NCBI GenBank assembly: GCA_046262355.1
Contig: JBHEMX010000092.1
Coordinates: forward strand, 677 to 64,676
From: Actinomycetota bacterium
GTDB taxonomy: Bacteria > Actinomycetota > CADDZG01 > WHSQ01
DNA: 64,000 nt
Reading direction: 5' to 3'
Shown here in pieces: positions 55,203-63,046 of this stretch (its first letter is position 1; each line of letters starts with the position of its first letter). The notes under the pieces are model-generated. The model was not told where the DNA came from. It made no database searches and was given only the letters and a program-made list of their open reading frames with translations. The translations under genes and the position numbers were made by a program.

Positions 55203-55726
55203 CGCCGCAGAACGCGTTCTCCGACGCCATCGTCCAAGGGCTGCTGAGCTGGGGCGTGGATGTGTTCGTGCATGTTCCGTCATCCCACATCGTGCCGGTC
55301 ATCAGGGGCCTCGAGGAGCGCGGCGTCTCCTCGTTGCTCGCCAACCGCGAGGAGGAGGCCGTGGGGATTGCCGGCGGACTCGTGCTGGGCGGCAAGAAGG
55401 CGGCCGTGGTGATGCAAGACAACGGTTTCGGCAATTGCCTCACGTCGCTCGCCACCTTCGCCAAGGCCTATCACCTGGCTCTGCCGGTCGTGGCCAACAC
55501 ACGCGGGGGACCGGGCGAGTACAACGCCATGATCCACTCCTTCTCGGAGGCCGTGCCCGACCTCTTGCATGCCATCGATGTAAGGGTCGAGCGCCTCACG
55601 GCAGAAGGCAGTCCGCTGCGGTGGCGGGAGGCGACGGAGGCCGCGGCGAAGCTTGCGACGATCTCTCACCGTCCGGTGGTCGTCTTGGCCGACCTCCTTC
55701 ATCCCACCGTCGCGGCGGCCCGATGA
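55199..55726 (+). CDS. split ThDP-dependent decarboxylase, alpha (PYR) subunit; sulfopyruvate/phosphonopyruvate decarboxylase-like
   Basis: VDVFVHVPSSHIVPVI...ANREEEAVGIAGGLVLGGKKAAVVMQDNGFGNCL. ATGA overlap with the preceding gene. Confidence 0.75.
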   Translation: MTPQNAFSDAIVQGLLSWGVDVFVHVPSSHIVPVIRGLEERGVSSLLANREEEAVGIAGGLVLGGKKAAVVMQDNGFGNCLTSLATFAKAYHLALPVVANTRGGPGEYNAMIHSFSEAVPDLLHAIDVRVERLTAEGSPLRWREATEAAAKLATISHRPVVVLADLLHPTVAAAR

Positions 55727-56283
55727 AGCGGTTGGATGCGCTCGGGGTCGCGGATGAGGTCTTCGCAGGTCGTCCGATGGTCGTGACGCTCGGGGCCACC
55801 GCGCGCGAGCTCGCGTCGTTGGCCAAGCGCGACTCGCATCTGTATCTGCTCGATTCGATGGGGCTCGCCCCCTCCGTCGGGATCGGCCTCGCGTGCGCGG
55901 GACGAGCACCCGTCGCCGTGATCGAAGGAGACGGGTCGCTGCTCATGGGCCTCACCACGCTCGCGTCGCTGGCATACCTCCGGCCCCCAGGTGTGACCCT
56001 TCTGGTGCTCGACAACCACGAGCACGCATCTGCCGCGGGAGTGGCGACTCAGGCCGCGACGGTGTCCCTCGCCCAGGCCTGCAGGGGCTTCGGCTTGCCG
56101 ACCACCGAGGTGATCGACGCCGAGTCTCTCCGCAGCGCCCTCGCGCGCGGGCGCGATTCCATGGAGGTGACGGTCGTGGTCGCCTCGATCGAGCCCGGAA
56201 ACGCGCCGGGGGTCCCGCTTCTGCTCGACGACCCGGTGGTGATCGCGGAGAGGTTCCGCAGCTTCCTGCGAGAGGGATCGTGA
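55723..56283 (+). CDS. split ThDP-dependent decarboxylase, beta (PP) subunit
   Basis: ATG 55723 (ATGA overlap). DSMGLAPSVGIGLA...VIEGDGSLLMGLTTLASL...LVLDNHEH (GDGx24-27N ThDP-Mg motif). Confidence 0.75.
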   Translation: MKRLDALGVADEVFAGRPMVVTLGATARELASLAKRDSHLYLLDSMGLAPSVGIGLACAGRAPVAVIEGDGSLLMGLTTLASLAYLRPPGVTLLVLDNHEHASAAGVATQAATVSLAQACRGFGLPTTEVIDAESLRSALARGRDSMEVTVVVASIEPGNAPGVPLLLDDPVVIAERFRSFLREGS

Positions 56284-57488
56284 AACCGCCGTTCGACAAG
56301 GAAGAGCTCGGGGCCCGAGGCGAGAGAGCGCGCGCCGCACTGAAGGAGCACGGGCTGGACGCGCTGTTGGTGACCGGCGACTTCAGCGCAGGTATGAACT
56401 ACTACTACCTGAGCGGCCACCTCCCGCGCGACTTCCAACCGAACTTCTCGAGGCCGCACGTCATGGTCCTTCCCTCCGAGGGCGAGCCCTTCCTCTACGT
56501 CTACGGGGTCAACGAGGAGAACGCTCGAGAGATGTCGTGGGTGGACGACGTCGAGGCTTACGCGCCGCCCTTCTCCGGCAAGGCTCTGGCGAGCGCCGTC
56601 GAGCGACGGGGCCTCGGCGCGGCGAGCATCGGAGCAGAGCTCGGCACGGACCAGAGGATATGGATGCCGTTGCTGGAGTACGACGCCCTGAAGCAAGCGC
56701 TGCCCAACGCCCATCTCACCGACGCCTCAGAGGTCATCTGGGGGTTGCGGATGATCAAGTCGGAGGCCGAGATCGCCTACATCAGAGAGGCCGATCGGAT
56801 AAACGATGAGGGACTGCGAACGGCCTTCGAGCGCCTCGCCCCTGGAGACTCCGAGGTCGACGTCGCCCGACTCGTGGGCGCCTCGTTGGTGGAGGCCGGC
56901 GCCTATCGTCCACCCTATGCGCAGGTCTTGGTCGTATCGCAGGCCAAGTCGAGGGAGCTTGGTCACCGCTCGCGCATGCTCGGACCGTCGCCGGAGCACA
57001 GGGTGCAATCCGGGGACCTGCTCTTCGTCGACTCGGGGGTCGTCGTGGCCGGCTACTGGGGTGAGTTCAACCGGATGGCCGTCGCCGGCGCGCCGAGCGA
57101 GCGACAGTCCCGACATCATGATGCGATCCGCACGATCGTCCGGCGTTCGATCGACGAGGCGATAAAGCCCGGTGAGAGCTTCCGCTCCGTGATCGAGAAC
57201 ATGGCGTCGTACTACCGCGCGCTCGGATACGCGGAAGAGCAGTTCGCCAACTATCTCGGGCCACCTTTCATGCATCTCTGCCACGGCATCGGGCTCGCAT
57301 CGAGTGAGCCGCCCTTCGTTCGTTTGGACTCGGACGAGCTCTTGCAACCCGGCATGGTCGTGTCGTGTGAGGCCTACCTGCGTGACGAAGACATGACGTA
57401 CGGGTCCGAGGAAGACGTCGTCGTGACCGCGTCCGGTTGCGAGGTGCTGTCGCGTCGAGATCCGGGCCTTTTCGAGCTGACCCCCTGA
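56280..57488 (+). CDS. M24-family hydrolase (creatinase / Xaa-Pro peptidase / ectoine-hydrolase-like)
   Basis: GTG 56280 (GTGA overlap). Creatinase-type N-domain, then FVDSGVVVAGYWGEFNRM, HLCHGIGL, VSCEAY, GSEEDVVV pita-bread motifs. Confidence 0.8.
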   Translation: MKPPFDKEELGARGERARAALKEHGLDALLVTGDFSAGMNYYYLSGHLPRDFQPNFSRPHVMVLPSEGEPFLYVYGVNEENAREMSWVDDVEAYAPPFSGKALASAVERRGLGAASIGAELGTDQRIWMPLLEYDALKQALPNAHLTDASEVIWGLRMIKSEAEIAYIREADRINDEGLRTAFERLAPGDSEVDVARLVGASLVEAGAYRPPYAQVLVVSQAKSRELGHRSRMLGPSPEHRVQSGDLLFVDSGVVVAGYWGEFNRMAVAGAPSERQSRHHDAIRTIVRRSIDEAIKPGESFRSVIENMASYYRALGYAEEQFANYLGPPFMHLCHGIGLASSEPPFVRLDSDELLQPGMVVSCEAYLRDEDMTYGSEEDVVVTASGCEVLSRRDPGLFELTP

Positions 57489-58505
57489 ATGAACCCGGCG
57501 GGCCACCCCTTCGCCGATCGACGCACCCGTGTGCTCGGGATGCACGAGGTGCGCGAGCTTCTCTCCATGCCAGACGTCATCGAGATCCAGCGCCGGGCCT
57601 TCATCGCACTCGCCGCCGGCAAGACCGAGGCTGCTCCGAACTCGTGGCTGCGTCTTCCGGGTGAGCGCCGAGGATGGCTGAAGCTGTTGGCGGGCTACGA
57701 TGCGACCACCTCGGGGCTGGGCGTGAAGGTGCTCGCGCGTTTCCCGCAGAACCCACCCGGGGCCAACCTCGGCTCGCTGCTCTTGCTCTTCGACGACGAC
57801 AACGGCTTTCCGCTTGCGATCATGGACGGCGTCTACGTGACCGCGGTGCGCACGGGTGCGGGCGCGGCGCTGGCCACGGAAGCTCTGGCGCGCTCGTCGG
57901 CGACCTCGATCGGGCTCGTCGGCACCGGCGTGGTCGCGTGGCACTCGCTTGCCGCGCTGAAGATCGCTGTTCCCCGGCTGACTTCCCTGCGCGTCTTCTC
58001 GCGGTCGGTCGAGCGCCGCAGGGAGCTCGTCCGCCGAGCCGTCGGGGAACTCGGCCTCGAGGCGCGCGCAGCAGGGACCGTCGAGGACGCGCTCCAAGGA
58101 GCGGACGTCGTCGTCACGGCCACGAACTCGCCCACGCCGGTTCTGCTGCCTCATCATGTGGAGGCGGGCCAGCACATCAACGCGATGGGCATCCGTACGG
58201 AGGTGGCGCCCGAGGTCATGGCGTCGAGCATGGTCGTCGGCGACGGCCGCGAAGAGACGATCACCGACGGGAAGTTCTCGGTCGCACTCGCCGCAGGGAC
58301 CGTGACTTCCGCCGACCTCGGGCCCGAGCTCGGCGAGCTGCTGTCGGGCGAGGCGCGCGGCCGCGAGTCTGACTCCGAGGTCACGTTGTTCGACTCGTCG
58401 GGCGTGGCGATCCAAGACGTCGCCTGCGCGCGTTACGTGTGGGAGCGCGCGGAGGAGGCCGACGTGGGCCGGCGGGTCGACCTCGGCCTGGACGACGGTC
58501 CCTGA
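57489..58505 (+). CDS. ornithine cyclodeaminase / mu-crystallin family enzyme
   Basis: LGVKVLARFPQNP...MDGVYVTAVRTGAGAALATEALA...IGLVGTGVVAWH...VVTATNSPTPVL. The ATG directly follows the M24 stop. Confidence 0.85.
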   Translation: MNPAGHPFADRRTRVLGMHEVRELLSMPDVIEIQRRAFIALAAGKTEAAPNSWLRLPGERRGWLKLLAGYDATTSGLGVKVLARFPQNPPGANLGSLLLLFDDDNGFPLAIMDGVYVTAVRTGAGAALATEALARSSATSIGLVGTGVVAWHSLAALKIAVPRLTSLRVFSRSVERRRELVRRAVGELGLEARAAGTVEDALQGADVVVTATNSPTPVLLPHHVEAGQHINAMGIRTEVAPEVMASSMVVGDGREETITDGKFSVALAAGTVTSADLGPELGELLSGEARGRESDSEVTLFDSSGVAIQDVACARYVWERAEEADVGRRVDLGLDDGP

Positions 58506-58514
58506 GCCCGTCGC

Positions 58515-59678
58515 TCAGGCACAGAGCTGCAACAGCGCGCGCCTGAGTATGCGGGCCGCCGTGATGCAGTCGTCGACCGGGATCGCATCGTCGCCGATCA
58601 AGCCGGCACCGGTGAAGTGGCGTTTGCCCGGCCCGAACATAGGGCTCGGGATGCCCTTGGAGCAGGCGTACCCGGCATCGAACGCGTTGAGGCTCCAGAA
58701 CGTCTCGCCGAGCGTGCCCCGTTCGTCGCGCACCGCGTCGCGCAGGGCGCGCACTACCGGAGCGTCCTCGTCCACGATCGCCGGCAGCATCGCGGCGCCC
58801 TGCCGCACCTCTGCCGTCTCCAAGCCGTGGCCGTGAAGGTGTTGCTCGATCGCCTCGACGGCGCGCGCGGCCGTCTCTTCGGGCAGGAGGCGGCGGTCGA
58901 CCACGATCTTGACCTCTTCGGGGATCGTGTGTGGCGCGATCGGGAAGCAGGCGAACTGATAGGGCGTCGCGGTTGCAGGCCCGAGGAAGGGATGCTCGCC
59001 CGGCAGCGGAAGCGAGCGCAGCGACACGGCAACGTCGGCAGCGCTCTCGATGGGGTTGTCGCCGAGCCACGGCTGGCTCGAGTGGGCGGCCTTGCCCCTC
59101 AGGGTTATCTCGACGTCGACGCGTCCCCGGTTGCCGAGCGACACGCGCATATCCGTGCCGAAGACAACGAGTCCGTGCGTGGCGGCGATCCCGAGCTCAT
59201 CGATGATCCGCCGTGAGCCTGCGTGACTGCTGCGTCCCTCGGTGTTGACCGCGAGCCAGATCGGGCGTCGCAGGTCTCCCTCCAGGGCCTCGAGCGCGGC
59301 GAACGCCGACGCCATCGGGCCCTTGTTCTGGGTCGCGCCACGCCCCACGGCGCAGAGTCCCTCGAGACCGAGGCTCGAGCCGTCGATCAGAGATCCCTCC
59401 GCGGCTTCGTCCATCAGATTGGAGTGCTGCGAGACGATGTAGGTCTGGACCAGGATGCCGTCGTCGCCGGCGGGGCCGAAGCGGGCCGCAACGTCGCCCA
59501 TGGGATGGCGCCGGATCTCGTCGGGTCCGATCTCGTAGACGAGGGGTAACACGACATCTTCGACCGCGCGCACGATGCGCTCGTCCCCGGGCGCGATCTC
59601 GGTGGCCCCGAGGGGAACCTGTGTCGGCGTCTTCAGCAGAGACACCAATGCGGCTTCCAACCATGCTTGGTCCACCAC
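58515..59678 (-). CDS. M20-family metallohydrolase (ArgE/DapE/ACY1-like deacylase or dipeptidase)
   Basis: GTG 59678, 1 nt after the LLM stop. ...VQTYIVSQHSN...NTEGRSSHAGS...GKAAHSSQPWLGDNPIE...AFDAGY. The ORF track extends to 59717. Confidence 0.8.
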   Translation of the reverse strand: MVDQAWLEAALVSLLKTPTQVPLGATEIAPGDERIVRAVEDVVLPLVYEIGPDEIRRHPMGDVAARFGPAGDDGILVQTYIVSQHSNLMDEAAEGSLIDGSSLGLEGLCAVGRGATQNKGPMASAFAALEALEGDLRRPIWLAVNTEGRSSHAGSRRIIDELGIAATHGLVVFGTDMRVSLGNRGRVDVEITLRGKAAHSSQPWLGDNPIESAADVAVSLRSLPLPGEHPFLGPATATPYQFACFPIAPHTIPEEVKIVVDRRLLPEETAARAVEAIEQHLHGHGLETAEVRQGAAMLPAIVDEDAPVVRALRDAVRDERGTLGETFWSLNAFDAGYACSKGIPSPMFGPGKRHFTGAGLIGDDAIPVDDCITAARILRRALLQLCA

Positions 59679-59679
59679 G

Positions 59680-60666
59680 CTAGCCCTGCAAGAGGGGCAG
59701 AAGCTCATCGAGAGCAAGCTTCATCTGTCCCTCCTGGTCGAAGGTGGCGAAGCGGATGATCGGAACGTCCAATCCCTTGTCGATGTAGCCGCCGATCCGC
59801 TCCGCGACCTGGTCCGGGGTGCCGTAGGCGCCCCACGAGGTCATCGTCTCGTGGCCGACGTTGGTCGAGTAGTACTCGTCGAGGAACCGTTTGGCCTCGC
59901 GGCGCGCCGTGGGTTCGTCGCTCTGCAGGTTGACCATGAGGTGCACGGCCGACGTCATCGACTCGGGATCTCTTCCCTCGGCTGCTGCAGCGGTGCGGAT
60001 CTCGTCCCAGCGGCCTCCGAAGTCATCGGGAGAGACGACCGTCGAGAGCCACCCGTCCGCGAGCCGGCCCACCCGCTTGATCGCGCTCTCGTAGCGCTGC
60101 GGCGACAGCTTGTTGGGGTCCGGGTTGCTCGCTATCCAGATCGGACAAGGGTCCTGCACGGGCTTGGGCTCGAGATCGATGCTCGGCCACTGGAAGTGCC
60201 GGCCGGCGTGCTCGCTGGGGCCGGACCACAGAGAGCGCAGCACCTCGATGCCCTCCTCGAGTCGGCCGACGCGCTCCTGCGCGGAGACGTTCATCGCCGC
60301 GAGCTCGGCGGCGAAGTCGCCGCCACCGCGACCTGTTGGCGCGCCGAGACAGACCGCCAGCAGCGACCTTCCGTCCGAGAGGACGTCGAGGGTGGCCCAC
60401 TGGCATGCGAACAGGACGGGGTTGCGCAGGGGGAAGGTCGCGAGGCAGCAGACCCCGAGCTTCATCCGGGTCGTCCTCGCGGCGAGGGCCGAGAGTGTTG
60501 CCACGGCCTCGATCCGGGGCTTCGCTATGAGCCCATCGCCGACCCAGACGGAGTCGAATCGGTTCGAGCGCTCGGCCTCCTCGGCGAGCGCGTAGAGCTC
60601 GGCAACTGTGGTCGCTCCGAACAGCACTCCGCGGTTCGGCAGGCTCAGACCGATGCTTCTGCGCAC
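59680..60666 (-). CDS. LLM-class (luciferase-like) flavin/F420-dependent oxidoreductase
   Basis: MRRSIGLSLPNRGVLFGATTVAELYALAEEAERSNRFDSVWVGDGLIAKPR...GRSLLAVCLG. 328 aa TIM-barrel family pattern. Confidence 0.8.
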   Translation of the reverse strand: MRRSIGLSLPNRGVLFGATTVAELYALAEEAERSNRFDSVWVGDGLIAKPRIEAVATLSALAARTTRMKLGVCCLATFPLRNPVLFACQWATLDVLSDGRSLLAVCLGAPTGRGGGDFAAELAAMNVSAQERVGRLEEGIEVLRSLWSGPSEHAGRHFQWPSIDLEPKPVQDPCPIWIASNPDPNKLSPQRYESAIKRVGRLADGWLSTVVSPDDFGGRWDEIRTAAAAEGRDPESMTSAVHLMVNLQSDEPTARREAKRFLDEYYSTNVGHETMTSWGAYGTPDQVAERIGGYIDKGLDVPIIRFATFDQEGQMKLALDELLPLLQG

Positions 60667-60676
60667 GTTGCCTCCT

Positions 60677-61075
60677 TCATGTTGCGACCAAGATGCCTCC
60701 GAGCACGACGGACAGCGCGCCCACCGATTCGCTGAGCAGGAGCGCGGCGCCGACGATCGCGAACAGCGGATAGATGCTTGCTTGAACCGGAACCGACACG
60801 GAGGGGCCCAGGCGGTCGATCCCTGCGATCGCGCTTGCGCGCGCGATCGCCGGCGCCAGGAGCCCTGCTGCGGCGAGGATCGCGACGCTCGAGAGACTCA
60901 CCTCCGACGGCAGCCGGGTCGTCGTCGCCACCAGCAGCAAGAGCCAACCCGTGGCGAGAGATATCAAGTCGCCGGCCACGACGCTCGTCGACTCCACCCC
61001 GCGCTTGGACGCGATGTGGCTGCCCGCGAAGCAGAAGGCGGAGAACGCGGCGAGCGCTTCTGGTGCGGCGGTCAC
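60677..61075 (-). CDS. single-EamA-domain (half-size DMT) membrane protein
   Basis: GTG 61075, 1 nt after the DpaA-like stop. 132 aa, 4-5 TM (ALAAFSAFCFAGSHIASK..., IYPLFAIVGAALLLSE...). Confidence 0.65.
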   Translation of the reverse strand: MTAAPEALAAFSAFCFAGSHIASKRGVESTSVVAGDLISLATGWLLLLVATTTRLPSEVSLSSVAILAAAGLLAPAIARASAIAGIDRLGPSVSVPVQASIYPLFAIVGAALLLSESVGALSVVLGGILVAT

Positions 61076-61076
61076 G

Positions 61077-61961
61077 TCACCGGGCGAGCGCCGCTTCGAT
61101 GATGCGGGTGACGCCGGACCATTGCGATCGTCCCACGGTGCGCGGAGCCGATGCGCCGAGCCCGCGCGCCCAGAAACCGTCGAGTCCAAGGTCTGCAGCG
61201 GCCTCCAGGTCGATGCTGCCGGGGGGCGCCGCGAGATCGACGACGAGCGCCCCTCGAGGCAGGCAAGCGAGCAGCTCGCGCGACCCCACGTGCGCCGGCA
61301 CGGTGCTGTAGAGGACCTCGAGGGTCGCGAAGGCCTCGCTTGCTTCTTCGAGCGCGTGCGGCGTGGCCGCCAATGCGTAGGCCGCGGCGCGCGCTTCGGC
61401 GCGCCGGGCAAACACATGTACGCGAGCACCAAGCGCCAGAAGCGCTCGCGTCAGGACCTGCCCGATGCGCCCGAAGCCCACCACGCCGATGTCGGTGTTG
61501 TGGATCGTTACCGGGCTTCTCTCGATCGCGACCCCGACGGCGCCCTCCGCGATCGCCGGCGCGCGCAGCAGCATGAGCTCGGTATCGGACTCGTACTCGT
61601 GGATCGTCACTCCGGCTGCGCGCGCCGATGCCTCGAGCCGGGCGTTCGCCTTGCCGATCACCACGTGCCCATCTGCGGCCATGGCCTCGAGATGAGAGGT
61701 CTCGATGATTATCTTGGCGGGCGCGTGCGGAGCGTAGATGCTTCCATCTTGTGCGATGAGCGGCACGGGCATGATCGCGACGCGTGCCTGCGCGAGGGCC
61801 TCGGAGAGAGAGCTGCTCGGCCTCAGTCGTTGCTCACCGGGAGGATGTGCAGCACCGAAGACGCGCACGAGCGCCCCCTCTTGGGATGCGAGCACCGCCA
61901 TCTCGGTCTCTCGGGCGTCACCGCCGACGAACGCGACGGTGAGTCCCTGCCACACGCTCAC
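61077..61961 (-). CDS. dipicolinate-synthase-subunit-A-like NAD(P)-binding dehydrogenase
   Basis: GTG 61961 (GTGA overlap). LTVAFVGGDARETEMAVLASQEGALVRVFG (DpaA N-domain pattern), then DIGVVGFGRIGQVLTRALLALGARVHVFAR (2-hydroxyacid-DH-type Rossmann). Confidence 0.7.
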   Translation of the reverse strand: MSVWQGLTVAFVGGDARETEMAVLASQEGALVRVFGAAHPPGEQRLRPSSSLSEALAQARVAIMPVPLIAQDGSIYAPHAPAKIIIETSHLEAMAADGHVVIGKANARLEASARAAGVTIHEYESDTELMLLRAPAIAEGAVGVAIERSPVTIHNTDIGVVGFGRIGQVLTRALLALGARVHVFARRAEARAAAYALAATPHALEEASEAFATLEVLYSTVPAHVGSRELLACLPRGALVVDLAAPPGSIDLEAAADLGLDGFWARGLGASAPRTVGRSQWSGVTRIIEAALAR

Positions 61962-63046
61962 GCAGCCTCTTCGATCAGCGCCTTGAGTGAGTCTCGATCG
62001 CATCCAACGATCCCGAGCTTGCGTTCGTTGAGTCCTTCTTGTCTGTAGGAACGCCCGGTGATCGTCTCGGCGAGCTGGATGAGCGCGTCCGTGACCGGCA
62101 TGGTCACGCCTGCGATACGAGCGAGTGCTGCAAGTGGCACGAGCCCGAACGCGATGTCTTCATGAAGGTAGCGATGATCGAGGGAGGAAGGGGCCTGTAT
62201 GGAAGCGTTGGCTGCACCCAGCCTTACCGCGCTCGCCAGATCTCCCTCTCGGGCGGACGAGGCATCCGCGGTTCCGATCGCCGCCATCGTGGCCTCGAGC
62301 GGGGGCAGCTCGAAGCCGAAGGAGCGCCCCACCGAGCATCGTTCTTCGTCGAGCGCGCGCATCGTCTTAGCAACCGCAGGCGTGACTCCCTCGGAGTAGA
62401 AGCGGAAGCTTCCTCGAGAGCTCTCGATCCACGCGGATCCCAGGACCATGCCCGGAGGATGCAGCATCATGTTGACGTCAGAGAGCCATGCCTCGATGGG
62501 GTTCGAGACCTCGACCCCCCCGGAGAACAGCCTGCCGGCGAACGTTGCAAGCTCTCGGTTCCTCGGGCTGGTTGCGAGTGGGATGGACCGGGCGCGCAGG
62601 TAGATGTCGACCGATCCTGGAGCGAGCGAGCGGCACACGTGCGTCAAGGTGCCGAACTCCGCGATCGGTGGACACACGGCGCGGTGCTCGGCGAAGACCC
62701 GACGGACGTGCAACGAGCCGCACATGTGGCCCGGGTCGAGGATGAGCGGCGTGCGGGCGCGATGTTTCGCGAGAGAGGCGGCGACCGGGCCGTGCGCCGT
62801 CGCGGGCAGCACGACCACGATGGCCTCCGCGTCGGAGATGGCCTCGGCGAAGTCCGTCGAGGTCTGCGCGATGGGCACGAGGCGGTCACCGAGCGCACCT
62901 TTGATCGCTATGCCGCGCCGGTCCCTGATCGGGCGCAGGGGCTCGTGGCTGCGATTGAAGAGGTGAACCTCGTGGCCCTCCAGGGCAAGGTCGGCGGCTG
63001 CTGCGAGGCCTCCGCTGCCCGCCCCCAGGACCGTCACGCGCGTCAC
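61958..63046 (-). CDS. NAD(P)-dependent opine dehydrogenase family protein (octopine/nopaline DH-like)
   Basis: MTRVTVLGAGSGGLAAAADLALEGHEVHLF. The mid/C-terminal HPPGMVLGSAWIES...FYSEGVTPAVAKTMRALDEE...LHEDIAFGLVPL matches the opine-DH helical domain. GTGA overlap with the upstream gene. Confidence 0.75.
   Translation of the reverse strand: MTRVTVLGAGSGGLAAAADLALEGHEVHLFNRSHEPLRPIRDRRGIAIKGALGDRLVPIAQTSTDFAEAISDAEAIVVVLPATAHGPVAASLAKHRARTPLILDPGHMCGSLHVRRVFAEHRAVCPPIAEFGTLTHVCRSLAPGSVDIYLRARSIPLATSPRNRELATFAGRLFSGGVEVSNPIEAWLSDVNMMLHPPGMVLGSAWIESSRGSFRFYSEGVTPAVAKTMRALDEERCSVGRSFGFELPPLEATMAAIGTADASSAREGDLASAVRLGAANASIQAPSSLDHRYLHEDIAFGLVPLAALARIAGVTMPVTDALIQLAETITGRSYRQEGLNERKLGIVGCDRDSLKALIEEAA

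Noticed and set aside
55199-56283. Phosphonate biosynthesis (phosphonopyruvate decarboxylase) interpretation of the split ThDP enzyme
   Set aside because: No PEP mutase-like gene is present in the operon or elsewhere in the window. Phosphonate clusters almost always pair the two. It is kept only as a minor alternative.
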